Below the pieces are notes generated by a model that saw nothing but the letters and a program-made list of their open reading frames with translations, did no database searches and was not told where the DNA came from. Positions 54,004 through 64,000 of a stretch of DNA of 64,000 bases are shown in pieces. The stretch's first letter is position 1, and each line of letters begins with the position of its first letter. Location: contig JANWJU010000081.1 of assembly GCA_025451775.1 (NCBI GenBank), forward strand, positions 11,696-75,695. The letters are read 5' to 3'. Source of the stretch: Terriglobales bacterium. GTDB taxonomy: Bacteria; Acidobacteriota; Terriglobia; Terriglobales; SCQP01. The translations under genes were made by a program, and so were the position numbers.

Positions 54004-55101
54004 TTGGACGCACACAGCACGGCGGGCGAGGCACTGCGGCGGCTGACGGCGCGGGAACACCTGAGCCGGGAGCAGGCGCGGCGGCTGCTGCAGGAGATCT
54101 TCGCCGGCCACGCCAGCGAAGCCGCGATCGCCGGCGTGCTGGTGGCATTGGCGATGAAGGGTGAGACGGTGGACGAGATCGTCGGCTTCGCCGAAGCCAT
54201 GCGGGCGGCGGTGGTCGATATCGGTCTGGACCAAGGCAAGGGCGCCGGCGCTGGCGCGTATGTGGACACCTGCGGCACGGGCGGCAGCGCGCGCAATTGC
54301 TTCAACATTTCCACGGCGGCGGCGTTTGTGGCGGCGGGTGCGGGCGCGGCGGTGGCGAAACACGGCAACCGAACCAACACCAGCGTGAGCGGCTCAGCCG
54401 ATGTGCTGGAGGCGTGCGGGGTGAATCTGGCCTTACCGGCGGAGCGGCTGGGGCCCTGCTTGCGCGCCATCGGGGTGGTGTTTTTATATGCGCCGCTGCT
54501 GCACGGGGCCATGCATCGGGTGATCCCGGCGCGGCGGGCGCTGGGCATCCGCACGATTTTCAATTTATTGGGACCGCTGACGAACCCAGCGGGGGCGCGG
54601 GCGCAGGTCGTCGGGGTGCCATCGGCGGGGCTGATACCGGTAATGGCGGAGGCGCTGCTGCGGTTGGGGACCCGGCATAGTTTCGTGGTGCGCAGCGAGG
54701 ACGGCCTGGGTGAGTTCTCGACCACGGCCACGACTTGGGTGGCGGAGATCCAGCACGGCGAGATACGGGAGTACCGGCTGGACGCCCGCAAACTGGGATT
54801 GCCGCGGGCGCAGATTGCCGATCTCACCTGCAGCAGCCGCGAGGATGCGGCGGCGGCGCTGGCGGCGGTGCTGGAGGGGGAGGCGGGAGCGCGGCGGGAT
54901 ATCACCTGCCTCAATGCCGCTGCGGCGCTGGTGGCGGCGGGGCGGGCTAGCGACATGGATCAGGGATTGGAGCTGGCGCGCGCCGCGATCGACTCGGGAG
55001 CAGCGCGGGAGAAGCTGGCAGCGTTGGTGCGCTATACCAAGGAGCAGAGCGGGGCCGACGTGCCCGCGCGCGAGACTGCGGGGAACGCGACCGGCAGATA
55101 G
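54004..55101 (+). CDS. trpD: Anthranilate phosphoribosyltransferase
   Basis: TTG start after AGGAG; DTCGTGG, NISTA, KHGNR, GSADVLE, RTIFNLLGPL.NP. Confidence 0.95.
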   Translation: MDAHSTAGEALRRLTAREHLSREQARRLLQEIFAGHASEAAIAGVLVALAMKGETVDEIVGFAEAMRAAVVDIGLDQGKGAGAGAYVDTCGTGGSARNCFNISTAAAFVAAGAGAAVAKHGNRTNTSVSGSADVLEACGVNLALPAERLGPCLRAIGVVFLYAPLLHGAMHRVIPARRALGIRTIFNLLGPLTNPAGARAQVVGVPSAGLIPVMAEALLRLGTRHSFVVRSEDGLGEFSTTATTWVAEIQHGEIREYRLDARKLGLPRAQIADLTCSSREDAAAALAAVLEGEAGARRDITCLNAAAALVAAGRASDMDQGLELARAAIDSGAAREKLAALVRYTKEQSGADVPARETAGNATGR

Positions 55102-55119
55102 CGCAGGTGGAAGGCGAGC

Positions 55120-57201
55120 ATGTCCAGAATGTCCGGGCCGCTACAACGCGTGGTGGTGTTGGGAGCCGGGACGATGGGCGCACGGCTCGCTGCCCATTGT
55201 GCCAACTGCGGGCTGCATACCACGCTGCTGGACCTCAACCTCGAGGCGGCCCAAGCCGGCGTCCAGGCAGCGAGCAAGAGCCGGCCGGGTGCATTTTTCC
55301 TCCCGGAGTTGGCGCAGCACATTCACTTGGGGAGCTTTGACGCCGACGGCGGGGCCATCGGGTGCGCGGACTGGGTGATCGAAGCCATCGTCGAAGACCT
55401 GGGAGCGAAGCGGGCGCTGCTGGCGCGGGTGGCGCCGCAGCTCGCCTCGGAAGCCGTCCTCAGCACCAACACCAGTGGCCTGCCGGTGCGGGAGGTGGGA
55501 GCGGAGCTGCCGGCGGCGGTGCAAGGGCGGTGGCTGGGAACGCATTTCTTCAATCCCCCGCGGTATATGAGGCTGGTCGAGGTGATCGACGGCGCGGCCA
55601 CCGACCCGGAGCGGAAGGCCTGGCTGCTGCGTACGCTTGAGGTGCGGCTGGGCAAAGGCGTCGTGCAGGCGCGGGATACACCCAATTTCATCGCCAACCG
55701 GATTGGACTGTTTGCCCTGCTGAACGTGCTGCGGCTGATGCAGGAGATGCGGTTGAGCGTGGAGGAGGTCGATGCGCTCACCGGGCCGGTGATGGGGCTG
55801 CCGAAATCGGCGACGTTCCGCACGCTGGATTTGATCGGCGTGGATACGCTGGCGCGGGTGATCGAGAACTCGCATCAAAACCTGGCAGGCGATGAGCGGC
55901 GGGAGATTTTCAAAGTGCCGGGATTCGTGCAGGCCATGGTGGAGCGGGGCTGGCTGGGAGAAAAGACGGGACAGGGGTTTTATCGACGGCGCGGAGACGA
56001 GATTCTGACGCTCGATCTGAACACGCTGACATATCAACCGCGGCGCAAGGCTTCCCTGCCCTTTGATCGACTGCAGGCGGCGTATGCCCAAAGTCCGCTG
56101 GTGCGCCAGCATTTGCAGGACCTGTTTGCGTATGCGCATGCGCGGGTGGGGGAGATCACCGATGCCCCCGATGACATCGACCGCGCGATGCGGTGGGGGT
56201 ACAACTGGCGGTGGGGGCCGTTCGAGCTGGAGCAGATGATCGAGAGCGGCCGGGCACCGGAACGGCCCCTGGGCAAGAGGGTACGGCACAACCCCGGCTG
56301 TTCCCTGCTGGAGTTGGGCGGCGGAATCGGTTGCCTGGAGTTTCACACCAAGATGAACGCGATCGGCGGCGATACGGTGGCGATGGTCACGGAAACGCTG
56401 GCCGATAGCGATTCGGCGTGGGACGGGTTTGTGATCAGCAATGGCGCGGAGAACTTTTCCGTAGGCGCCGATCTGCTGTACCTGCTGGCGATTATTCGAG
56501 ACGAAGAGTGGGATGAAGCGGAGGCGGCGGTGCGGCATTTCCAAGCCATGACGCTCGCCATCAAGCGCTCGCCACGTCCGGTGGTGGTAGCGCCGTTTGG
56601 GTTGACGCTGGGGGGCGGTTGCGAGGTGATGCTGCACGGGGCGCGGGTGGTGGCGCACGCGGAGTTGTACGCCGGCTTGGTCGAAGTGGGAGTAGGGTTG
56701 ATTCCGGCCGGAGGCGGGACGAAGGAGATGGCGCTGCGGCTGGACGCGAAAGCGGCGTTTGAGACGATCGCGATGGCGCAGGTGTCGACGTCGGCGGCGG
56801 AGGCGAAGGCGCTGGGATTCCTGCGGCACGGGGATGGCGTGATCGCCAACCGGGAGCGGGTGCTGGAGGCGGCGCAGCGCACGGCGCGAGATTTGGCCGA
56901 CGCCGGGTATGCGCCGCCGGCGGAGGCGCACTTGAGCGCGCCGGGGCCGTCGGTGGAGGCGACGCTGCGGCTGGGAGCGTATTTGATGCGGGAAGCCGAA
57001 CAAATCACGGAGTACGAGCGCGGGATCGCGGACCGGCTGGCGCACGTGATCTGCGGCGGGGGTGCGCCAGCGGGGATGGCGGTGAGCGAGGAGCGGCTGC
57101 TGGAGCTGGAGCGGGAGGCATTTTTAAGCTTGTGCGGCGAGGTGAAGACGCAGGACCGCATGGCGCACATGCTGAAGACCGGCAAAACGTTGAGGAATTG
57201 A
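55120..57201 (+). CDS. fadN: 3-hydroxyacyl-CoA dehydrogenase / enoyl-CoA hydratase (FadN-like)
   Basis: GAGTMG, NTSG, HFFNPPRYM, FIANRIG; C-terminal crotonase LGGGCE..GLVEVGVGLIPAGGG. Confidence 0.88.
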   Translation: MSRMSGPLQRVVVLGAGTMGARLAAHCANCGLHTTLLDLNLEAAQAGVQAASKSRPGAFFLPELAQHIHLGSFDADGGAIGCADWVIEAIVEDLGAKRALLARVAPQLASEAVLSTNTSGLPVREVGAELPAAVQGRWLGTHFFNPPRYMRLVEVIDGAATDPERKAWLLRTLEVRLGKGVVQARDTPNFIANRIGLFALLNVLRLMQEMRLSVEEVDALTGPVMGLPKSATFRTLDLIGVDTLARVIENSHQNLAGDERREIFKVPGFVQAMVERGWLGEKTGQGFYRRRGDEILTLDLNTLTYQPRRKASLPFDRLQAAYAQSPLVRQHLQDLFAYAHARVGEITDAPDDIDRAMRWGYNWRWGPFELEQMIESGRAPERPLGKRVRHNPGCSLLELGGGIGCLEFHTKMNAIGGDTVAMVTETLADSDSAWDGFVISNGAENFSVGADLLYLLAIIRDEEWDEAEAAVRHFQAMTLAIKRSPRPVVVAPFGLTLGGGCEVMLHGARVVAHAELYAGLVEVGVGLIPAGGGTKEMALRLDAKAAFETIAMAQVSTSAAEAKALGFLRHGDGVIANRERVLEAAQRTARDLADAGYAPPAEAHLSAPGPSVEATLRLGAYLMREAEQITEYERGIADRLAHVICGGGAPAGMAVSEERLLELEREAFLSLCGEVKTQDRMAHMLKTGKTLRN

Positions 57202-57202
57202 G

Positions 57203-58387
57203 ATGGGCAGGGCCTTCATCATTGCCGCGGTGCGGACGCCGGTGGGGCGGGCGCCACGGGGCGTGTTCCGGGCGACGCGACCGGACGAGCTGGCGGCGAT
57301 TGCACTGCAGGCGGCGGTGGAGCGCGCCGGGGTGCCCGCGGGGGCGGTGGAGGACGTGATCTTGGGCTGTGCCATGCCGGAGGCGGAGCAGGGCTTGAAC
57401 GTAGCGCGGATCGCGGCGCTGCGCGCGGGATTTCCGGTGACCACGGCGGGGGCGACGGTGAACCGGTTTTGTGCCTCCGGGATCGAGGCGGTGGCGGTGG
57501 CGGCGCAGCGGATCGAAACGGGGATGGGAGCGGGCGCCAGCGTGATCGTGGCAGGCGGAGCGGAGAGCATGAGCCTGGTGCCGAGTTCGGGGCATACGCC
57601 CCGCATCAACCCCTGGCTAATGGAGCATCATCCGGACACGTACCTGAGCATGGGATTGACGGCGGAGCGGGTGGCACAGAAGTACGAGATCAGCCGCGAG
57701 GACGCGGACGCGTTCGCGCTGGAGAGTCACCGCAAGGCGATCGCGGCGCAGGATGCGGGAGCCTTTGACGACGAACTGGTAGTGGTGGAGACGCGCGTGC
57801 CCGATACGGCAACGGCGTGCGGATGGACTGCGGTGCGGGTCAGCCAGGACGAAGGGCCGCGGCGCGACACGACGCTGGAGGCCCTGCGCGGGCTCAAGGC
57901 GGCATTCCATGCCCATGGCACGGTCACGGCGGGCAACTCCTCGCAGCGCAGCGACGGCGCAGCGGCGGCGCTATTGGCCAGCGAAGAGTATGTGAGGGAG
58001 CACGGGTTGGAACCGGTCGCGCGGCTCGCGGCGTATGCGACGGCCGGAGTAGAACCAGGTTTGATGGGCATGGGGCCGGTGGCGGCGATCCCGCGGGCGC
58101 TGCGCCGGGCCGGCATCGGGCTGAACGATATCGATTCCATTGAATTGAACGAGGCGTTTGCGGCGCAGGCGCTGGCGGTGATCCGGGAGGCGGGGTTGGA
58201 CCCGGAGCGGGTGAACCGGCGCGGGGGCGCGATCGCCCTGGGACATCCGTTGGGATGCACGGGAGCGAAGCTGTTGGCGACGCTGTTGCGCATCCTGCAG
58301 CAACGCCACGCGCGGTGGGGGCTGATCACGATGTGCGTGGGCGGCGGGCAGGGGGCGGCGGCGGTGATTGAAAATCTGCGGAGTTGA
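57203..58387 (+). CDS. fadA: Acetyl-CoA C-acyltransferase (thiolase)
   Basis: NRFCASG, NEAFA, GHPLGCTG, MCVGGGQG. Confidence 0.92.
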   Translation: MGRAFIIAAVRTPVGRAPRGVFRATRPDELAAIALQAAVERAGVPAGAVEDVILGCAMPEAEQGLNVARIAALRAGFPVTTAGATVNRFCASGIEAVAVAAQRIETGMGAGASVIVAGGAESMSLVPSSGHTPRINPWLMEHHPDTYLSMGLTAERVAQKYEISREDADAFALESHRKAIAAQDAGAFDDELVVVETRVPDTATACGWTAVRVSQDEGPRRDTTLEALRGLKAAFHAHGTVTAGNSSQRSDGAAAALLASEEYVREHGLEPVARLAAYATAGVEPGLMGMGPVAAIPRALRRAGIGLNDIDSIELNEAFAAQALAVIREAGLDPERVNRRGGAIALGHPLGCTGAKLLATLLRILQQRHARWGLITMCVGGGQGAAAVIENLRS

Positions 58388-58393
58388 TGCGAT

Positions 58394-60043
58394 ATGGACA
58401 GCGAGAACGACATCGGCGGCGGGTTTGTGCTGGGCGCGCCCACGGCAACGTTCACGCCCGAGGGGTTCAGCGAGCAACAGCGCCTCATGGCGCAAACGGC
58501 TGAAGGGTTTGCCCAGGATGTGGTGGTGCCGGCGTCGGAGATCATCGAGCGGCAGGACCTTGGGGAACTACGGCGGCTGATGCGCCAGGCAGGGGAGTTG
58601 GGGCTCACGGCGGTGGACATTCCGGAGGCGTACGGGGGGCTGGGGCTGGATTTGGTGGCATCGGCGATTGTGGCCGATCACTTGGCGGTGCAGGGGTCGT
58701 TTTCGGTAACGTTTGGGGCGCATGCGGGGATCGCAACGCTACCGCTGGTTTATTTCGGAAGCGAGGAGCAGAAGCGGCGGTATCTGCCCAAGCTGGCGAC
58801 GGCGGAGTGGATCGGCGCGTATGCCCTCAGCGAGGCGGGGGCGGGTTCGGACGCATTGGCGCTGCGGGCGGAGGGGCGGCTGGCGCCAGATGGAACGCAT
58901 TACCTGCTGAGCGGCGAGAAGATGTGGATCAGCAACGCGGGCATCGCCGACCTGTTCACGGTTTTCGCGCGCACCGGGGACAAGATCTCCGCCTTTCTGG
59001 TCGAAGCCGGATTTCCTGGGGTGGCGACGGGAGCGGAGGAGCACAAGATGGGCATTCAGGGCTCGTCCACGCGTCCGCTGCTGCTGCGGGAGGCGCAAGT
59101 ACCGGTGGAGAACGTCCTGGGCGGGGTGGGCGAGGGCGGCCACGTTGCGTTTCAGATTTTGAACGCCGGGCGCTTCAAGCTGGGAGCGGCGTGCATTGGG
59201 GGGGCGCGGAATACCATCCGGGAGGCGGTGCGCTACGCCGCGGAGCGGCACGCGTTCGGGAAGCCCATCGCCCAGATGGGGTTGGTGCAGCAGATGATCG
59301 CCGATATGGTGCTGGCGCTGTACGCCAGCGAGTCGGCGGTGTACCGAACGGCGGGGTTGATGGCGGCGCATAGCGGACTGGATGAGTTCGCGGCGGAGTG
59401 CTCAATTGTCAAGATTGACGCCAGCGAGATGCTGGACGGCGTGGTGGACCGGGCGGTGCAGATCCACGGAGGCAATGGGTTCGTGCGGGGTAACCGAGCC
59501 GAGCAGGCCTATCGGGATAGCCGGGTGAACCGGATCTTCGAGGGCACCAACGAGATCAACCGCCTGCTGCTGAGCGGAATGCTGCTGCGGCGGGCGCAGA
59601 AGGGGCGGCTAGGTCTGATGGCGGCGGTGCAAGCCGCATTGGCGGAGTTGATGTCCGGCACCGCCACGACGGAGCCGCAGGAGCAAGCGCGCAAGGCGGC
59701 GCTGCTGATCATGGGACTGGCGTGGCAGAAGTTCGGCGAAGGGCTGGTGCAGGAAGAGGAGGCGCTGGCGGCGATTGCGGACCTGTTGATTGGCGTCTAC
59801 CGGATGCAATCGGTCGAGGCGCGGGCACCGGGGAGCACGGCGGCGACAGTGATCGCCAGCGAAGCATTGGACACGATCGAGGTACAAGCGCGGCGGGCAT
59901 TGGCGATGCTCAGCGAAGGCGACGCGCTGCGCACGCAGTTGGCGTGGCTGAGGCGGCTGTTGAAGCGGGAGGCGGTGAACGTCATCGCGCTGCGGCGGGC
60001 GGTAGCAGAGCAGGCGATCGAGCGGGGCGGGTATCCGTTTTAA
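58394..60043 (+). CDS. Acyl-CoA dehydrogenase
   Basis: ALSEAGAGSD, GEKMWISN, KMGIQGS, QIHGG.G, RIFEGTNEI. Confidence 0.93.
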   Translation: MDSENDIGGGFVLGAPTATFTPEGFSEQQRLMAQTAEGFAQDVVVPASEIIERQDLGELRRLMRQAGELGLTAVDIPEAYGGLGLDLVASAIVADHLAVQGSFSVTFGAHAGIATLPLVYFGSEEQKRRYLPKLATAEWIGAYALSEAGAGSDALALRAEGRLAPDGTHYLLSGEKMWISNAGIADLFTVFARTGDKISAFLVEAGFPGVATGAEEHKMGIQGSSTRPLLLREAQVPVENVLGGVGEGGHVAFQILNAGRFKLGAACIGGARNTIREAVRYAAERHAFGKPIAQMGLVQQMIADMVLALYASESAVYRTAGLMAAHSGLDEFAAECSIVKIDASEMLDGVVDRAVQIHGGNGFVRGNRAEQAYRDSRVNRIFEGTNEINRLLLSGMLLRRAQKGRLGLMAAVQAALAELMSGTATTEPQEQARKAALLIMGLAWQKFGEGLVQEEEALAAIADLLIGVYRMQSVEARAPGSTAATVIASEALDTIEVQARRALAMLSEGDALRTQLAWLRRLLKREAVNVIALRRAVAEQAIERGGYPF

Positions 60044-61554
60044 ACCGGACAGGGGGCCGTAGCAGGCGGGGCGGCGGCGCGCAGGCGCTCGTAAACCGCC
60101 CAGCCGGAGCCAAATTCGGGAAGGTTGCTGGGGGCGGCTTGGAGCCGGTGGAGCAATTCGGGCTCGAGATGGAGTTGCAGGGCCTCGCCCGCAAGTTCGA
60201 CCGCGCGAGCGGCGTAGGCGAGGACCTGAGTCGCCTCGATTCCCGAGATATCGTTGAAAAACCAGCCGCAACTCGTGTACATGAGCATGGCGTAGCGCTG
60301 CATTTCGAGCAGGCGCCAGACGAGCATGCGCTCCTCAGGCACAAGCGGACGGCGGGCGTGGCGCGCGAGAAAAGTATCAAAGACGGCAGGACGGGGAGAG
60401 AGCACGACGTCGATGTAGTCGTTGCGAGCGGACCAGGGGTCCCAGAGCAGGCGCTGAGCAACCTGACCGAAAGGGGGCACCAACTGATCGCGCAGCCAAT
60501 CGAGCGCGGCCCGCAAGGGCGCGCGCCAGGCCTGGTGCCAGTCCGCCGGGGCGCCAGCGTTGCAGCCGCAGTCGGAACGCCACCGCTCGACACCATGCAC
60601 GCAACTCCAGGAGGAGTTCTCAAAGATCTTGACCTCGTCGCCGGGAGGATGGGTGGCGAGGTAGGCGCGGTAGGTGGTGAGGACAGCTTCGGCCGCATGG
60701 GGCTGGGCGGAGAGATAGCGCACAGCGGCGGCGAGGGCCATTTCACCAAAGCGGTGATGGTGCCCATAACTCTCGCCGTCAGTGGCAACGCTCACGATTT
60801 GAGGCTGCTGGCGCCGGGGATCGAAGCTGCGCAGGAGGCGGCGGGCGAACTCCTCACCATCGCGCAGAGCGCCTTCAAAGGCGACGGCCTGGGCGAGGGC
60901 GGCGTCGTAGAAGAACACGGTGATGGTCCGTTCGGAGGGGAGGCGGACTTGATAGGCGGTACGAGGATCGATGCGGCCGCCGGAGACATCGCGCCACTGC
61001 CGGGAACCGAAGCGGCGGACGCGGTGGGCCTGGCGGGGAGCCAGGATGGTGAACTGGATGCCAGCGGCGGCGAGCGCATCGAGGACGTCCAGGTTGGCAG
61101 CGGTCTCCGGGAGCCACATGCCTTCGGCGTCACGCTGAAAGCGGTAGCGAAAATCGCGGCTGCCCCAGAGGATTTGGGTGGCCCGGTCGCGCGCGTTCGC
61201 GAGCGGCATGATCATGTGATTGTAGGCTTGGGCGATGGCGCCGCGGGAGGAGCGATCCGCATCCAGAATGGCCGCGTAGGCGGCGGGGGCGGCGGTTTCC
61301 AACCAGGACAGGAGGGTGGGACCGAAGTCGAAGCTGATGTGAGCGTAATTGTTGCTGGTGGCGATCAGGTTGCCATGCTCATCCAGAATGCGGGCGGCAG
61401 TGTTGGAGGTATAGCACTCGGCGGCAATGCGTTCGTTCCAGTCATGGAAGGGCTGAGCCGAGGGCTGCGGTTCAATCACCCCCGACCAGGGGCTTTCCCG
61501 CGGCGGCTGGTAGAAGTGGCCGTGGAGACATAGGAACCGCTGCGCCAGGGCCAT
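60040..61554 (-). CDS. GH57-family glycoside hydrolase (DUF3536-type)
   Basis: HGHFYQPPRE, GMWLPET, ATDGESYGHH, SWSCVHGVERW, MYTSCGWFF. Confidence 0.88.
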   Translation of the reverse strand: MALAQRFLCLHGHFYQPPRESPWSGVIEPQPSAQPFHDWNERIAAECYTSNTAARILDEHGNLIATSNNYAHISFDFGPTLLSWLETAAPAAYAAILDADRSSRGAIAQAYNHMIMPLANARDRATQILWGSRDFRYRFQRDAEGMWLPETAANLDVLDALAAAGIQFTILAPRQAHRVRRFGSRQWRDVSGGRIDPRTAYQVRLPSERTITVFFYDAALAQAVAFEGALRDGEEFARRLLRSFDPRRQQPQIVSVATDGESYGHHHRFGEMALAAAVRYLSAQPHAAEAVLTTYRAYLATHPPGDEVKIFENSSWSCVHGVERWRSDCGCNAGAPADWHQAWRAPLRAALDWLRDQLVPPFGQVAQRLLWDPWSARNDYIDVVLSPRPAVFDTFLARHARRPLVPEERMLVWRLLEMQRYAMLMYTSCGWFFNDISGIEATQVLAYAARAVELAGEALQLHLEPELLHRLQAAPSNLPEFGSGWAVYERLRAAAPPATAPCPV

Positions 61555-63498
61555 CTACCGCGGGCTCCGAAAGAAGACACAGGCCAGCGGCGGAAGGCTG
61601 ATGGATACAGAGTCGGGCTGGCCGTGCCATGGCTGGCCGGTGGTGGCGACACCGCCGAAGTTGCCGACGCCGCTCCCGCCGTAGAGCTCGGCATCGCTGT
61701 TCAACAGTTCCTGCCAAAACCCCGCAAGGGGCACGCCGACACGGAAATCGAGGCGCGGTACGGGGGTCAGGTTGCAGACGACCAGAACACTGTCCGACGC
61801 TCCGGAGGGGCCGAGGCGCAGCCAGCTAATCGTGCTCTGCAGGGCGTCAGCGCAGTCGATCCATTGAAACCCGCGGGGATCAAAATCGAGGACATGAAGG
61901 GCCGGGGTGGAACGGTAGAGGCGGTTCAGGTCCGAGGTCCAGCGCAGCATGCCGGCGTGCACCGGATATTGCAGGAGGTGCCATTCGAGGCTGGAGTCGT
62001 GGTTCCACTCGTTGCCTTGGCCAAACTCGTCGCCCATGAAAAGGAGCTTCTTACCGCACTGGCCAAATTGGAGACCGAGCAGGACGCGGAGGTTGGCGAA
62101 CCGCTGCCACTCATCGCCGGGCATTTTTGACAAGAGCGAGGCCTTGCCGTGGACCACCTCGTCATGGGAGAGGGGCAGGACGAAATTCTCGTGCCAGGCG
62201 TAGAGCTGGCGGAAGGTGAGCTCGCCGTGGTGGAAGCGGCGGTGAATGGGGTCGTGGGACATGAAGGCTAGGATGTCGTGCATCCAACCCATATCCCACT
62301 TCATGCCAAAGCCGAGTCCGCCGACGTAGGTGGGGCGGGAGACCATGGGCCAAGAGGTGGATTCTTCGGCGATGGTTTGGACATCCGGGTAGTTGGCGTA
62401 GACATCCTCGTTGAACTGGCGGAGAAAGCTGATGGCGTCGAGGTTTTCGCGGCCGCCGAAGGAGTTGGGGATCCACTCGCCCGGCTGGCGAGAGTAGTCC
62501 AGGTAGAGCATCGAGGCCACGGCATCGACGCGCAGACCGTCGGCGTGGTAGAGGTCGAGCCAAAAGAGCGCATTGCTGAGCAGGAAGCTGCGGACCTCGT
62601 GGCGGCCGTAGTTGAAGATGCAGGAGTGCCAATCGGGGTGAAAACCTTGGCGGGGATCGGCATGCTCGAACAGGTGGGTACCGTCGAATTCGGCCAAGCC
62701 GTGGGGATCGTTGGGGAAGTGGGACGGAACCCAATCGAGGATGACGCCAAAGCCGTGCTGGTGGAGTTGGTCGACCAGGAACATCAGATCCTGGGGCGAG
62801 CCGAAACGGCTGGTAGGAGCAAAGTAACCAGTGACTTGGTAGCCCCAGGAGCCGAAGAAGGGGTGCTCCATCAGGGGCAGGAATTCGACGTGGGTAAAAC
62901 CGGAGGCTTGGAGGTGGTCGATGAGGCGGGGAGCGAGTTCACGGTAGGTGAGGGAGCGGTTGCCTTCCTCGACGACGCGCATCCAGGAGCCGAGGTGAAG
63001 CTCGTAAATCGACAGGGGGGCGGCGGCCGAATTGGCCTGATGCCGCGATTGCATCCACTCGCGATCGGACCAGTCATAGTGCAGGTCAGCAACGACGGAA
63101 GCGGTGCGGGGTGGCACTTCGGCGCTGAAGGCGAAGGGATCGGCCTTTTGCAACCATGTGGTGGTGCCGCGGGGCCGGATCGCGAACTTGTAGATGGCAC
63201 CGGAGCCGACGCCGGCGACGGCGCCGGCCCAAATACCAGAGTCCGCCTGGGGATGGAGAGGCGCGGCGAGAGGATTCCAGGAGTTAAAATCTCCGATGAC
63301 ACCGACCTGCTCCGCATTGGGGGCCCAAACGGCAAAATGGGTGCTGGCGGGCGAACCCGCGGCAACGGGCTGAATGTGGGCTCCAAGCTTCTGGTAGAGA
63401 CGAAGGTGGCGGCCTTCGCGGAACCAATGCAGATCAACGTCGGTCAGTTGCCATGCCGACGGCAGAGGCGCGGATGGCGACGAGCGTTTAGGAAGCAT
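61555..63498 (-). CDS. glgB: 1,4-alpha-glucan branching enzyme
   Basis: FAVWAPNA, IYELHLGSW, DWVPSHF, DGLRVDAVASM, IAEEST, LSHDEVVHGK. Confidence 0.96.
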   Translation of the reverse strand: MLPKRSSPSAPLPSAWQLTDVDLHWFREGRHLRLYQKLGAHIQPVAAGSPASTHFAVWAPNAEQVGVIGDFNSWNPLAAPLHPQADSGIWAGAVAGVGSGAIYKFAIRPRGTTTWLQKADPFAFSAEVPPRTASVVADLHYDWSDREWMQSRHQANSAAAPLSIYELHLGSWMRVVEEGNRSLTYRELAPRLIDHLQASGFTHVEFLPLMEHPFFGSWGYQVTGYFAPTSRFGSPQDLMFLVDQLHQHGFGVILDWVPSHFPNDPHGLAEFDGTHLFEHADPRQGFHPDWHSCIFNYGRHEVRSFLLSNALFWLDLYHADGLRVDAVASMLYLDYSRQPGEWIPNSFGGRENLDAISFLRQFNEDVYANYPDVQTIAEESTSWPMVSRPTYVGGLGFGMKWDMGWMHDILAFMSHDPIHRRFHHGELTFRQLYAWHENFVLPLSHDEVVHGKASLLSKMPGDEWQRFANLRVLLGLQFGQCGKKLLFMGDEFGQGNEWNHDSSLEWHLLQYPVHAGMLRWTSDLNRLYRSTPALHVLDFDPRGFQWIDCADALQSTISWLRLGPSGASDSVLVVCNLTPVPRLDFRVGVPLAGFWQELLNSDAELYGGSGVGNFGGVATTGQPWHGQPDSVSISLPPLACVFFRSPR

Positions 63499-63573
63499 TC
63501 AACTTGCACCTTATCACCTTCCCATGGAAACCGGAGAGTGGCGGCGCGGCGTGGGTATACTAAACAGGGAAAC

Positions 63574-64000
63574 ATGGCGATATCGGCAGTCATCGTAGAC
63601 GACGAGAAGCTGGCGCGGGAGGAGCTGCGGTTCCTGTTGGGCAGCTTCCCGGAGGTCGAGGTGGTCGCCACCGGGCAAAATGGGGTGGAGGCGGTGAAGC
63701 TGGTGAAGCAGCATCAGCCGGACGTGCTGTTTTTGGATGCGCAGATGCCCGGGCTCGATGGATTCGCCACGGTCAAGATGTTGGAGAGCAAACATCTGCC
63801 GGTACCGTTTCTGGTGTTTGCGACGGCGCACGATCAGTACGCGCTGCAGGCGTTCGACGTGAACGCGGTGGATTACCTGCTGAAGCCGTTCGACCAGGAG
63901 CGTTTGGCCAAGACGGTGGAAAAGGTGAAGCGCCATCTGCAAGCAGGCGAATCGGTCGAGGGCAAGATCGACCGGGTGATCCGGATTCTGGACAACCGGA
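63574..64000 (+). CDS. LytTR-family response regulator (3' partial)
   Basis: MAISAVIVDDEKLAREEL..FLDAQMPGLDG..VFATAHDQYALQAF..AVDYLLKP; runs off the window end, so absent from the ORF track. Confidence 0.9.
   Translation, partial: MAISAVIVDDEKLAREELRFLLGSFPEVEVVATGQNGVEAVKLVKQHQPDVLFLDAQMPGLDGFATVKMLESKHLPVPFLVFATAHDQYALQAFDVNAVDYLLKPFDQERLAKTVEKVKRHLQAGESVEGKIDRVIRILDNR

Overview
GC-rich bacterial chromosome segment. Gene content (Oar-like beta-barrel plus VWA protein, tandem PQQ-type propellers, tmRNA tag ANTQQLAYAA) suggests Acidobacteriota; this is an inference. In order, it holds: the end of a dcw cluster (ftsW-murG); a secreted/envelope block (two beta-propellers, Tat sulfatase, Dps, TPR-YceI fusion, VWA, TonB/Oar-like barrel, a DUF3857 transglutaminase-like pair); a cysM-mec-cysO-moeZ sulfur-carrier operon; yebC; pyrRBC, purB and thiE; an RRM protein; an M16 peptidase; an EfpL-like EF-P; a small islet downstream of tmRNA (vapBC, frameshifted membrane protein, GIY-YIG); tmRNA; an imuA-imuB-SRAP-dnaE2 cassette; tRNA-Gly(GCC); split trp genes; gnd-pgl-adh; beta-oxidation genes; GH57 and glgB; and a partial LytTR regulator. 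The most interesting non-coding signals are four. (1) A palindrome/GAA-hairpin/GIY-YIG module fused to the tmRNA CCA end. (2) A small stand-alone unit with about 17 nt of complementarity to the 16S rRNA 3' tail, preceding a 19-codon ORF. (3) A dispersed bipartite REP/MITE-like repeat family. (4) An 8-bp inverted repeat whose inversion would restore trpE-trpG-trpD. All assignments come from reading motifs by eye; no database search was run.
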